Below, one piece after another: positions 1 through 8,581 of a DNA stretch of 51,992 nt. The stretch's first letter is position 1; every line of letters starts with the position of its first letter. Below the pieces are notes generated by a model. That model ran no database searches and was not told where the DNA came from. It was given only the letters and a program-made list of their open reading frames with translations. Origin of the DNA: a virus. Lineage: Duplodnaviria > Caudoviricetes. The stretch covers positions 1-51,992 of IMG/VR virus record IMGVR_UViG_3300048586_000159; one strand, given 5' to 3'. Both the position numbers and the translations under genes were made by a program.

Positions 1-646
1 GACGTTCGACCGCGCGCGGCGACAGGATGATGACGCCATGCGCGCCCTCGCCGCCGAGAACCTTCTGCCAGGAGAAGGTGACGACATCGAGCTTTGCGAA
101 ATCGAGGTTCTGCGCGAAGGCCGCCGAGGTCGCGTCGCAGATCGTGAGGCCCTTGCGGTCCGCCGGGATGAAATCGGCATTGGCGACGCGCACGCCAGAG
201 GTCGTGCCGTTCCAGGTGAAGACCACGTCACGGTCGAAATCGATCGTGGAAAGGTCGGGAAGAAGGCCGTAGTCGGCGGTGATCTTGCGGGTGTCGGGAA
301 GCTTCAGTTCCTTGACGACATCCGAAACCCAGCCCGAACCGAAGCTTTCCCAGGCTACCATGTCGACGCCGCGCGGGCCGAGCAGCGACCACAGCGCCAT
401 CTCGACGGCGCCGGTATCGGAGGCCGGCACGATGCCGATGCGGTAATCCGCAGGCACTTCCAAGACTTCACGGGTGAGATCGATGGCCTGCTTGAGCTTG
501 GTCTTGCCGATCTTGGCGCGGTGCGAACGACCGAGCGGAGCATCGGAAAGCGCTTCGAGCGACCAGTTGGGGCGCTTCGAGCAAGGGCCAGAAGAAAAAT
601 GGGTATTGTTCGGACGCACGTCCGGCGGTGTGACGGTCTTCGTCAT
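1..646 (-). CDS. serC: Phosphoserine aminotransferase (partial; 3' part lies beyond window start)
   Basis: Minus-strand frame from ATG at 646 reads [33 protein letters not shown]...[10 protein letters not shown]...[20 protein letters not shown], the alphaproteobacterial SerC N-terminus. SD-like GGAAGGA upstream. Absent from the ORF track because it has no stop in the window. Confidence 0.93.
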   Translation of the reverse strand, partial: MTKTVTPPDVRPNNTHFSSGPCSKRPNWSLEALSDAPLGRSHRAKIGKTKLKQAIDLTREVLEVPADYRIGIVPASDTGAVEMALWSLLGPRGVDMVAWESFGSGWVSDVVKELKLPDTRKITADYGLLPDLSTIDFDRDVVFTWNGTTSGVRVANADFIPADRKGLTICDATSAAFAQNLDFAKLDVVTFSWQKVLGGEGAHGVIILSPRAVER

Positions 647-702
647 GATCGCTATCCTTCCAGATAGATAGCTCCTCGTTGGGGAGGAGTGTCCCGCCGC
701 CG
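647..702 (-). ncRNA. serC leader cis-regulatory RNA motif (alphaproteobacterial)
   Basis: Immediately 5' of serC. Hairpins CTCCTC-cccaac-GAGGAG and GCTATC...GATAGC, the latter overlapping the SD. Position matches the described serC leader motif. Confidence 0.65.
674..702 (+). repeat. att core, left copy (CCTCGTTGGGGAGGAGTGTCCCGCCGCCG)
   Basis: Exact 29-bp match to 51252-51280. Confidence 0.95.
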
Positions 703-703
703 G

Positions 704-732
704 ATATATGGAAATGCTGGAAATCTGGCAAT
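704..732 (-). promoter_or_regulatory. Phage-derived sigma70-type promoter pointing into serC (ATTGCC-N17-ATATAT)
   Basis: Resembles the rhizobial CTTGAC-N17-CTATAT consensus. Same 1-nt offset from the att core as the candidate native promoter at 51282-51310. Confidence 0.6.
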
Positions 733-773
733 AGGGAAAATGAGATGGTCGCGAGATTATGCAGGTTCATGCA

Positions 774-788
774 GAACGATGCGGGAAC
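774..788. promoter_or_regulatory. Alphaproteobacterial LexA box GAAC-N7-GAAC
   Basis: GAACgatgcggGAAC. Confidence 0.55.
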
Positions 789-801
789 GCCTTCACTGAA
801 G

Positions 802-819
802 TGACACGCGATTGACACA
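802..819 (+). repeat. Putative integrase arm-type site (tandem TGACAC, 11-bp period)
   Basis: TGACACgcgatTGACACA about 100 bp inside the left core. The same motif and spacing occur at 50500-50517 and 51124-51141. Confidence 0.55.
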
Positions 820-824
820 GCAGC

Positions 825-839
825 GTTCTTGATGCGTTC
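825..839. promoter_or_regulatory. Alphaproteobacterial LexA box GTTC-N7-GTTC
   Basis: GTTCttgatgcGTTC, upstream of ORF 878-1180. Confidence 0.6.
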
Positions 840-877
840 GCCCTTGACTCTTCCCATCACTCTGCCACCCTCGCCCC

Positions 878-1180
878 ATGACAGAACCCTACCAGCCCCG
901 CTACCAATGGCGTCAGACACAGCTTGACGAGCACGACCCTCCGACCGATCTCGACTGGTGCGGCTTCGACGACGTGACCTATATCGGCAGGATCAGGAAA
1001 GAGACATCTGGCCCGACAAAGGGGAAGTGGCAGTGGGCGGCGGCGTATCCCCGCGATCTGCGTGACAAGAGGATACTGCCGAACACCGGCTTTGTGGACA
1101 CGGCGAGGATTGCCACGCAGATGGTGGAAGAATTCTGGGATAGGTGCTTGAAGAGAATTGAGGTTAACCGCGCCGACTGA
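878..1180 (+). CDS. Hypothetical protein (100 aa), probably SOS-regulated
   Basis: Trp-rich globular-looking ORF with two LexA boxes upstream. Confidence 0.7.
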   Translation: MTEPYQPRYQWRQTQLDEHDPPTDLDWCGFDDVTYIGRIRKETSGPTKGKWQWAAAYPRDLRDKRILPNTGFVDTARIATQMVEEFWDRCLKRIEVNRAD

Positions 1181-1487
1181 TCTCCCGCTGAATCCGCAGC
1201 TCCTCACGAATTTGACTCAGCTCGATCGCCATATGGCTTTCCGTCTTGGACATTTCCTCTCCCACTTCGACCAGGCTGATCATTACCGCAACGAGCTTCC
1301 CGACTTCATCGGAGAGGCGATTCAGCGCTGACGGATCGACAATGACGGCCGCGACCTGTGCTTTGTCAGAAGACGCTACAGTCTTCTGCCCCGCCCACAG
1401 GCCAAACCGCTGTACGGCGAAGATGACCGCAAGCGTCACGCCAAAGGTGATCAGCACGGTAGGCGGCAGGTCAGCCAGCTTTTCCAT
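1164..1487 (-). CDS. Lysis-cassette membrane protein (1 TM + coiled coil)
   Basis: N-terminal hydrophobic helix; overlaps the end of the holin-like gene. Confidence 0.7.
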   Translation of the reverse strand: MEKLADLPPTVLITFGVTLAVIFAVQRFGLWAGQKTVASSDKAQVAAVIVDPSALNRLSDEVGKLVAVMISLVEVGEEMSKTESHMAIELSQIREELRIQREISRRG

Positions 1488-1926
1488 GGATGCTCTCTCC
1501 CTGATCGCGAGCGGCGCGGTGGATATTGACTAGTTCGCCGACCGCAAACAGCGGATAGATGGCGAGCCAGGTGCTCACGAGATTGGAAGATGCGTATCCG
1601 TAGGTGATGCCAACCCAGATCATGCAGCCGATGCCGGCCGATATTTGCCGAATGTGCGGCGTGACGTCCTTGCGGGCGCCGTTGACCACGAGACCCGCTA
1701 ACCGAAGAAAGCCGAGCATGACCATAATCCAGCCAAGCACGTCCTCGTTCTGGAAAATCTGCCGAAAGCCCGACCAGGCAGGCTGATCGAAGATGCGATC
1801 CGGGATGAGCAGGACCCAACCCCACAAAGCGGTGTGCGCGGCCATGAACCATTCTGTCATTCTTGGGCCAAATCTATGTCTAATCTTGATCCATAAGCCA
1901 GCGCCGGAGTATTCTTCACCAGCCAT
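1471..1926 (-). CDS. Holin-like multi-pass membrane protein
   Basis: About 4 hydrophobic segments, located in the lysis cassette. Start taken as MAGEEYSG at 1926. Confidence 0.65.
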   Translation of the reverse strand: MAGEEYSGAGLWIKIRHRFGPRMTEWFMAAHTALWGWVLLIPDRIFDQPAWSGFRQIFQNEDVLGWIMVMLGFLRLAGLVVNGARKDVTPHIRQISAGIGCMIWVGITYGYASSNLVSTWLAIYPLFAVGELVNIHRAARDQGESIHGKAG

Positions 1927-1955
1927 TGTTTGCGCCCTTTTAAAGGAGAAATCGG

Positions 1956-2504
1956 TTGTCAGAGTTGTCATATTCTCTTGCTTTGCGCGTCCTTAAATAT
2001 GAGGCGGAAACCGGATGTCTTTATTGGCGAGAACGCCCAGCGGAGATGTTCTCGACGCCAGAAGCGGCGCATCTTTGGAATAGCCGTTATGCTGGTGAGA
2101 TGGCCTTCACCCATGTTGACAAGGACGGGTACAAGGTCGGCACGCTTTTCGGGAAATCCTACAAGGCTCATAGGCTGATCTGGCTCATGGAGACAGGAGC
2201 ATGGCCGAAATGGAGAATTGACCACCTAGACGGAAATCGCGCCAACAATCGCATTCCGAACCTTCGAGACGTCCGATGGGGCGTCAATTGCCGAAACCGA
2301 TCAATGGGAAGTAAGAACACAAGCGGTGTCGTCGGGGTACGTTGGGACCCGCAATCCAGCAAATGGCAAGCCTATATCAAGGTAGAACGGAAGCTTGTCC
2401 AATTGGGGAAGTTCACAGAAAAGAACGCTGCGATTGAAGCGCGACAAACTGCTGTTCGCCGCTTCGATTTTACAGAACGTCACGGCATGCCGTCCCGCGT
2501 CTAG
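1956..2504 (+). CDS. HNH endonuclease with C-terminal AP2-like domain
   Basis: AHRLIW...IDHLDGNRANNRIPNLR (HNH) and NTSGVVGV..WQAYI..LGKF (AP2). RBS AAAGGAGA. Opposite strand to the lysis genes. Confidence 0.88.
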   Translation: MSELSYSLALRVLKYEAETGCLYWRERPAEMFSTPEAAHLWNSRYAGEMAFTHVDKDGYKVGTLFGKSYKAHRLIWLMETGAWPKWRIDHLDGNRANNRIPNLRDVRWGVNCRNRSMGSKNTSGVVGVRWDPQSSKWQAYIKVERKLVQLGKFTEKNAAIEARQTAVRRFDFTERHGMPSRV

Positions 2505-2511
2505 CGTCATC

Positions 2512-2562
2512 ACGGTGCGTGATGCGTATCCAGAGGCCGGGTGCGCCTATTTGCTCCGTCAC
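2512..2562 (-). pseudogene. Remnant 5' end (17 codons) of the original holin-like gene
   Basis: Reads VTEQIGAPGLWIRITHR, matching MAGEEYSGAGLWIKIRHR of 1471-1926. Its GTG overlaps the o-spanin stop (GTGA). Confidence 0.7.
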
Positions 2563-2777
2563 TTCGCACACCCTGCCTGCGCCCGGCAGGTCCGATTGTG
2601 CGCTGCAACCCCATCGGCAAACGGCCGGTCGTTCGCGACAATGTATGCGCGCGTCCCCGGCGACGGCCGCAGCATCGCAAAGCCAGCCCCATCAGCGACA
2701 GGCGTTTTCGTCTGGCACCCAGAAGCCCCCAAGCTCAGAACACAAAGAAGCGTCGTCCATTTTGCGAATTTCAGCAT
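2559..2777 (-). CDS. o-spanin (Rz1-like lipoprotein)
   Basis: Lipobox LSLGASGC; overlaps the i-spanin out of frame. Confidence 0.75.
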   Translation of the reverse strand: MLKFAKWTTLLCVLSLGASGCQTKTPVADGAGFAMLRPSPGTRAYIVANDRPFADGVAAHNRTCRAQAGCAK

Positions 2778-2955
2778 CGGTTCCGGCCCTTTCCTGCATG
2801 GCCTCAATTGATCGGGCCATAATGGCCGCACGTTCAGCCGCGGCGCCCTCGTAGCGCGCTTGAGGTTGCCAGACGGCCATGGACATGAGAGAAGCGGCAG
2901 CGAAGCCCAGCGCGGCCCCTGCTGCCATTTTGACGGCGTCGAGGATCCCGATCAT
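2692..2955 (-). CDS. i-spanin (Rz-like)
   Basis: N-terminal TM, helical periplasmic domain and C-terminal Cys; follows the endolysin. Confidence 0.7.
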   Translation of the reverse strand: MIGILDAVKMAAGAALGFAAASLMSMAVWQPQARYEGAAAERAAIMARSIEAMQERAGTDAEIRKMDDASLCSELGGFWVPDENACR

Positions 2956-3608
2956 GATGGCGAAACCCGGCTCTTAATGAAGAGATAGGCGCCGACCGCG
3001 AAGGCAATCACGAGGATCACAGCCAGGGCGTATTGCAGCGGCCCGTCCCCGGTGAAGGCGAAGCCGAGCGACGAAACAATCCCCGCGCCCCAAGAGATGT
3101 TTTCCTTTGTGGCAATGGCCGGGGCGGTTGGCTTGGCCTCGACAAAGTTGGACGAGACGAAATCGCCCTTCGCCCAGAGGCCTGCCTCTGCCGATCGGCG
3201 GTTGACGAGACCCTGCACGCGCTTGCCGCCTGCGTTTACCCACTTCATCAGCTCGACCGGCACAGCATCGTATTGCCGAGCGTTCAGCTTCTTCAGCAGC
3301 GTGGACTTGTGAAGGGCCCCGGTGTTGAAGTCGAACGAGACGAGGGTGGCAAACTGGTTTTCGGTCAGCGGGACTTTCACAAGCCGGTCAACCCGCTCCT
3401 CGAAAACGCGGAGGTCAGCACGCAGAATTTGCTCTGCTTGATCCTCGCTAATAACCATCCCCTTGTAGACTTCAGGGGCTCCTGCTGCAGAAGTATGTCC
3501 GTATCCAATGGTCCACGGCTCACCTGCGAAGTTTCGATAAGCCTTTAGCTTCAGCCCTTCCCACTGCTTGATAAGCTGCAGCTCCGCCGCGTTAATGCGT
3601 CTGGTCAT
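2952..3608 (-). CDS. Endolysin, GH24 lysozyme, with C-terminal TM segments
   Basis: WEGLKLKAY...WTIGYGHT, QFATLVSFDFNTG and GLVNRRSAE motifs; hydrophobic C-terminus. Confidence 0.9.
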   Translation of the reverse strand: MTRRINAAELQLIKQWEGLKLKAYRNFAGEPWTIGYGHTSAAGAPEVYKGMVISEDQAEQILRADLRVFEERVDRLVKVPLTENQFATLVSFDFNTGALHKSTLLKKLNARQYDAVPVELMKWVNAGGKRVQGLVNRRSAEAGLWAKGDFVSSNFVEAKPTAPAIATKENISWGAGIVSSLGFAFTGDGPLQYALAVILVIAFAVGAYLFIKSRVSPS

Positions 3609-3656
3609 TGTCGTTCTCCATGTTCGGGTAATGTTGAAAAGGCAGAGCGATCAGCC

Positions 3657-4670
3657 CTACCCTCGATAGTCAGCACCAATGATGGTCAAGCCTGCGATCT
3701 CCGGCACGGCCTGCTGCAGCCAGGTGTTTCCGTTGGTGCTGTAGGCCAGCCGATCGTTGCCATAAAACGCCAGCGTCTTGTCAGCACCGGCAACCACGCG
3801 GCGGATATCCGCTCGCGCGCCGGATGCCCAATAATCGCTGCTATGCGCGCTCCAGCTTGTCAGTGTGGTCGAGCTAAGCCAGTCAGTAGCGCCGCCGGCA
3901 TACCATCGCCCCGAAACATGAAACACGAAGGTGAGGAACCCTGTCGTGCCGCTCGTGCGTGCCGTCCAGGTCGCGCCATCGGCGGAGCCAGAGACAATGC
4001 GACCATTGGAGCCGACCAGTACAAAGCCGGTCGAGATCGCCGCGACTGCATTGGCGGTGCTGCCGGAAAGCTGTCCGTTGCGCGCCGTAAACGCCGTTCG
4101 CGGATCAACGGAGGACACGACGGCATTGCCGACGACCACGATCGCCGTCGCATTTGCCGCAGCCCCATTCACAACTGTCAGCCCGGTCGCGGCGCCCAGC
4201 TCCCACGTTTCGCCATTGTCGTCGGAAACGATCGTCTCGCCGCTCTCCAGGAAGGCGACCAGGTCATTGCCGAACTCGACGATGGCTGCGAAGCCGCGAT
4301 TGTCAGCCGGCGCATCGAGAGGATGCGCATGCAGCTGGAAGTCCCATCCATCATCCGTCGAGACCAGGATCGCGCGAGAATTGGTGCCATCCGTATCGAA
4401 ATACTTCAGGGCGTAAAACGTCCGGCCGCTTTTCGTCTCGACATGGGCGCCGCCGAGGTTGCGGAAGAAGATGCCTTTCGAGGCAAGCTGCGGCAATGCC
4501 CCCCGCACCTCGCGCACGTCGTAATCGAGACCATTGGCGCTGGTGATGACGACGAGCTGCGACCGCGCATTTGGCACGCTGCCGATGGCGAGCGTCGCGA
4601 ATGCCACATAGGCTCCTGGTTGACGGTCGAGACCGTCACGGCCGAACTGGACAGTGGGAAAGATCGTCAT
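3657..4670 (-). CDS. Putative receptor-binding protein, beta-propeller/BNR-like repeats
   Basis: Repeated SxDxGxTW motifs (SDDNGETW, SADGATW, STNGNTW). Confidence 0.7.
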   Translation of the reverse strand: MTIFPTVQFGRDGLDRQPGAYVAFATLAIGSVPNARSQLVVITSANGLDYDVREVRGALPQLASKGIFFRNLGGAHVETKSGRTFYALKYFDTDGTNSRAILVSTDDGWDFQLHAHPLDAPADNRGFAAIVEFGNDLVAFLESGETIVSDDNGETWELGAATGLTVVNGAAANATAIVVVGNAVVSSVDPRTAFTARNGQLSGSTANAVAAISTGFVLVGSNGRIVSGSADGATWTARTSGTTGFLTFVFHVSGRWYAGGATDWLSSTTLTSWSAHSSDYWASGARADIRRVVAGADKTLAFYGNDRLAYSTNGNTWLQQAVPEIAGLTIIGADYRG

Positions 4671-5296
4671 GCCGAGCTACCGCCAAACTGCAGATGAATT
4701 TTCCCGTCATCGGCTGTGATGTAGCTGATGTATGAGATTGCATTTGCGGTGGTGGGCCAATAGGGCTGCCCGCCAATCCAGACATAGTCACTCCCCCACG
4801 TGGTGATAGTCCTGCCACCCGTCGCGTCCTGAACAACACGCAACAAGCCGCTTTTGCCAGCGATCTTGTTTGTCGGGTTGGCAATTGTGCGCCCTGCCCC
4901 GCCAAGCGTCACACGGAAGTTGATCCCGGCCGCCATGTTCCAGTTGATGGTTGCTGCGTCAGCCAGCGCGACGAACTGGTTTGCCTCGTAGATACGGCGG
5001 ATAGAGAGATACTGCGCCGAGAGTCCTGCTCGAATGTTCTCGATTGCCGATTCAGTTCCAGATCCAGAGGATGCGCTTTCGGCATCCGCTGCCACCTGAA
5101 CCGCCAAAACGTCGAGATACTCGCCTGCGAGCTTGACGAATTGTGCGAGGTCAACAACGGCATCAAGACCAAGCGGGAACAGTGTGCGGTGCCCACCCTG
5201 CCCTAGCCCGTATTGATTTGACTCCGCATCGAAAGGATCGCTGTTCAACGCGGCAGCAAGGGCGGCTTCATCCGCGGGGAATGTAGGCATAGGCAT
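4667..5296 (-). CDS. Tail fibre-like protein B
   Basis: C-terminal ANP...QDATGGRT domain shared with 9103-10119. Confidence 0.7.
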   Translation of the reverse strand: MPMPTFPADEAALAAALNSDPFDAESNQYGLGQGGHRTLFPLGLDAVVDLAQFVKLAGEYLDVLAVQVAADAESASSGSGTESAIENIRAGLSAQYLSIRRIYEANQFVALADAATINWNMAAGINFRVTLGGAGRTIANPTNKIAGKSGLLRVVQDATGGRTITTWGSDYVWIGGQPYWPTTANAISYISYITADDGKIHLQFGGSSA

Positions 5297-6177
5297 CAGC
5301 GGATTTCCTTCAGTTCGACGGCCATCGAGTGATAGTCGGTGTCGTAACCGTACATGACGGTTTCAAGCGGGTTCAGTTGGCGGAGACGGGCGGGAAAATT
5401 GCGTTGGGAGGCATAGAGGACGTCGTCAGGGTCTCCGATGACGAAGATTTCCTTCCAGATGCCGGCGCGGCGAGTAAGCTCCAGCGCTTTAGCGAACCCC
5501 TCTTGATCATTGAGGTACTGGAGCTGGAACCGCATTACGCGTACCGGCTCCCGCGGATCAAAATACTCAGCGCCGGACAGAGCGGTATCAACCCCGGTCG
5601 CATCCTCGTACCCGAGGTCAGAACCATAGGGCGGGTTGTATGTCGGGCGCAGGAAGGTGTCGCCAAGGAACAGGCGACCGATCTGGACAAAGCCAGCGTC
5701 GTTGGAAGGATCGAAGACGGTCACGCGCCAGTACCGGGCGATGATGTTCTGCGGGAACAGTTGGACCGAAATTGGGGTCTGCCCCTGCGTATCTTCGGCC
5801 GTGTAGGAGCCTAGCCAATAATTGTCGTTTTCCCATTCCAGAGCGTTGATGTCCCAATCGCCACCGGCCAAAGCGCCATATGCGTCGTAAGTCTGATCGA
5901 GGACATGAGTGCTAAAATCCTCCGCATTGCTCGCCTCGATCTTGATCCGAGCGGACACCGTGAAGTTATGCGCGATAAATGCAAAGAGCCGGATCGGCCA
6001 GGTGCGACCGAAGTCGATAGTGAACGTGGTGTTTTCCGAGGAAAGCCCAATCGATCTCGCAACCTGGGCGAACGGACGTGTTTTCAGATTGTCCAGCGGC
6101 TGGGCTTCAACCCACGCGCCGCCTGAATACGAAGCCGTGTCGCTCCGGTTCGGATAGATCAGCGTCAGATTACCCAC
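5296..6177 (-). CDS. Minor tail/distal tail protein
   Basis: Position in the tail cluster; ARYWRV..D....GFVQIGRLFLG motif. Confidence 0.7.
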   Translation of the reverse strand: MGNLTLIYPNRSDTASYSGGAWVEAQPLDNLKTRPFAQVARSIGLSSENTTFTIDFGRTWPIRLFAFIAHNFTVSARIKIEASNAEDFSTHVLDQTYDAYGALAGGDWDINALEWENDNYWLGSYTAEDTQGQTPISVQLFPQNIIARYWRVTVFDPSNDAGFVQIGRLFLGDTFLRPTYNPPYGSDLGYEDATGVDTALSGAEYFDPREPVRVMRFQLQYLNDQEGFAKALELTRRAGIWKEIFVIGDPDDVLYASQRNFPARLRQLNPLETVMYGYDTDYHSMAVELKEIR

Positions 6178-6181
6178 TGCG

Positions 6182-8086
6182 TTAACCCCATAGGTCCAGA
6201 GTTGTGATGCCCGTCTGCAGGTTTTCGGTGATGCCGATCACGGTGAAGCTCTTGCCTTCATTGAGGCCGAACCGGTCAACCTGGAGAGCGACCACGTCGC
6301 CGAGGTCCACTTGCTCGACCAGGTAGGACTTCACCGGCACAAGAAAACGATCACGCTTGACGGAGTGCATCGCAAGTCGGCGCTCTGCCTCTGCGGCCGC
6401 GTCCGCCTCGTTAAGGAGGTACGTCTCGAACGTGAGTTCCGGCGACAGCTTATGCACCGCCTTCACGTCCTCGTCTTCAGCAATGGCAGAGCGCCATTCC
6501 TGCTCGGCAAAGGCTTTGAAGGACTCTGGCGCAGAATTATCTAGCTCGCTCCGGCGCATTACCACCCAGTTGCGGCGGTACTTTACTGTTACCTTCCAAG
6601 CCGGGACCCCTTTACCCTCATCGCCAGTTGCCAACAGTTGGAAACCGCGGCCAGACGTCTCGAGGATTTCCGCTCTCGTCAGCGTAATCCGCGGCGGTAC
6701 CATGGGCGTCTCCACGCGGAACATGCGGAAGACACCAAGGCGATCAGGCGAGATAGTTGCCCCGATAGAGCCAAGAACTGCAGCGACAGCATCAAGTGCC
6801 GTCACTTCGTCGGTGCCTGTCCAATAGCCCACGGGAGCCGGGTTGGTTGCATCGAGATCAGAGACGTCTTCAGAGAGGAAAGACGCGCCTTCGACCAATC
6901 CCATTCTGGTCAACATCCGTTTGGCCGTCTGTGCGGCTGTACGGGCTGCTGTGTCGATTCCTTCAAGTGGTGCGGCAGTTACCTGCCCTTCCGGAGTGGA
7001 ACCAAGCCCGATCTGCCCTTTTGCGAGGCAGGTGGCATATTGTCCAGAGGGTATGGAAGCGGCCACAAGCAAGGCCGTGGTTGCGTAGTCGATACCGGAT
7101 GGCGTCAACGCAACGCCCATGTCTCTGACTTCGGCAACCCCCTGAAGCCCGTTCTGCCCCAAGTCATAGATGAGATCGAACTGGTTGCTCATTACCGCCT
7201 CGACGCTCGCAGGAGCGCCCCAGGCAGTGGGCTTCTGCAGCCCCTTCAGATCGTCAGGCGTGCCCTCTGCCTCATCCATGCCGCCCGCTGTCGTGGTTCC
7301 GGCATAGGTGACGGTCTGGATCGGCTTAGAGATCTCAGCCAACCTGTCGCGGATGCGGATGGTGGCCTTCTCCCACGAAAGCTCCACCTGTTCCGTCGTG
7401 CCTGTAAAGACAAGCTCGGCATCTTCGAGTTTCGGGTTGATACGCGGGACAGACTTCACCCTTAACTCGTAGCCGTCGAAGGCATAGTTTCGAAGGTAAT
7501 CGAGCGACCCGTCCATGTTGACGAGCTCAATCAGGCCGGCGCCGACAGATACTTCCCCGGAGGTGGTGCCGGTGGAAAATAGGGACCGTTCGTAGTTCCC
7601 GGGCACCTTCACCCGCTCGGCATAGTGAGCATTGGAGGGAGTATCGGCTGGCAATGAATTGAAGCCGTGGGTGCTGAAATAGAATGATACCGGATCGCCG
7701 GTCACAGGGTCTGCGCCGTTCAACTCCACTAGGTAGGAAATGCCTGCCGACAAATCCCGTGGGATGATAACGATTGTGCCTTCGCTGTTACCAGACCCTG
7801 AGAACGCGTCCGAGCCGCTTTCTCGAGCGACAAGCTGACCGCGAGCGCCTTGGCCGGTAAAGACATCCGCGCCGCTTTCCTGTGCCGCAAAACTGCCTGA
7901 GACAACACTCGACAGGCTGAAGCTTGCAACATCAGTCCCGGCCTCAATTGCGGCAAGAGCGGCGAGAGCGATAGGCGAGCCGCTCCCGTAGAAGCCGTCG
8001 CTGCCCGTCTCGATCGCCCTTAGCCGATTGCTGTCGCCCGCGACCTGGAAGCCGGGCGATTGAAACGCGCCGCGTTGAAAGGCCAT
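6182..8086 (-). CDS. Tail tip/hub-like protein with N-terminal AxExGxD repeats
   Basis: 634 aa in the tail cluster, ending VDLGDVV...ITENLQTGITTLDLWG. Four AxExGxD repeats near the N-terminus. Confidence 0.7.
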   Translation of the reverse strand: MAFQRGAFQSPGFQVAGDSNRLRAIETGSDGFYGSGSPIALAALAAIEAGTDVASFSLSSVVSGSFAAQESGADVFTGQGARGQLVARESGSDAFSGSGNSEGTIVIIPRDLSAGISYLVELNGADPVTGDPVSFYFSTHGFNSLPADTPSNAHYAERVKVPGNYERSLFSTGTTSGEVSVGAGLIELVNMDGSLDYLRNYAFDGYELRVKSVPRINPKLEDAELVFTGTTEQVELSWEKATIRIRDRLAEISKPIQTVTYAGTTTAGGMDEAEGTPDDLKGLQKPTAWGAPASVEAVMSNQFDLIYDLGQNGLQGVAEVRDMGVALTPSGIDYATTALLVAASIPSGQYATCLAKGQIGLGSTPEGQVTAAPLEGIDTAARTAAQTAKRMLTRMGLVEGASFLSEDVSDLDATNPAPVGYWTGTDEVTALDAVAAVLGSIGATISPDRLGVFRMFRVETPMVPPRITLTRAEILETSGRGFQLLATGDEGKGVPAWKVTVKYRRNWVVMRRSELDNSAPESFKAFAEQEWRSAIAEDEDVKAVHKLSPELTFETYLLNEADAAAEAERRLAMHSVKRDRFLVPVKSYLVEQVDLGDVVALQVDRFGLNEGKSFTVIGITENLQTGITTLDLWG

Positions 8087-8094
8087 GATTGATC

Positions 8095-8574
8095 CTAGAG
8101 TTCAGAGGCCCAGATCCAGAGCGCATCGACTTGAGCGGATGGCAGCGAGAATGCCGCAGCTATGGCCTCGACAAGAGGATGATCGCGACGATAGCCATTG
8201 GCATAGCGCCACTCGATCAGCGCCATCGCGCCGTCTTCCTCGGCTGCGAGCAAGGTCTCGACGTCAACTTCCGAGATGTCAATCGAGGCCAGCGCCAGCC
8301 GGATCTGTCGGGCTGTCAGCGTGGGAAGCTCGACTGTGGCGGGCTCCAGGTCCTGCACGAAGCGAACGACGCCCTCCACACGCTCGACACGGGTCGCAGT
8401 GACAGCCATGTCGTCAGGGACCGGACCAGCAGATGCTGGACGACAAAGATCGAGAGCTGCCAGTTCGGGATCGGAGAGCCTCTGCGCGTCAAAGGGATTG
8501 AGCAGGCTGCCATTGGCCAGACGCTCTCCGTTCCAGCGCTCGAAAACGCCGGGTGATGTCTCGCGATAGATCAT
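8095..8574 (-). CDS. Tail fibre-associated/assembly protein
   Basis: LTARQIRLAL...IEWRYA...RDHPLV...QVDALW, a motif common beside tail fibre genes. Confidence 0.6.
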   Translation of the reverse strand: MIYRETSPGVFERWNGERLANGSLLNPFDAQRLSDPELAALDLCRPASAGPVPDDMAVTATRVERVEGVVRFVQDLEPATVELPTLTARQIRLALASIDISEVDVETLLAAEEDGAMALIEWRYANGYRRDHPLVEAIAAAFSLPSAQVDALWIWASEL

Positions 8575-8581
8575 AGCTTCC

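Noticed and set aside
38-667. Plus-strand 209-aa ORF and other long shadow ORFs (e.g. 12306-14009, 24982-26901, 38603-40003, 40000-41244)
   Set aside because: They lie antisense to clearly recognisable genes in GC-rich DNA and show no protein motifs.
3613-3636. Possible LexA box upstream of the endolysin
   Set aside because: Spacing is GTTC-N5-GTTC or GTTC-N7-GTTG, which is not canonical.
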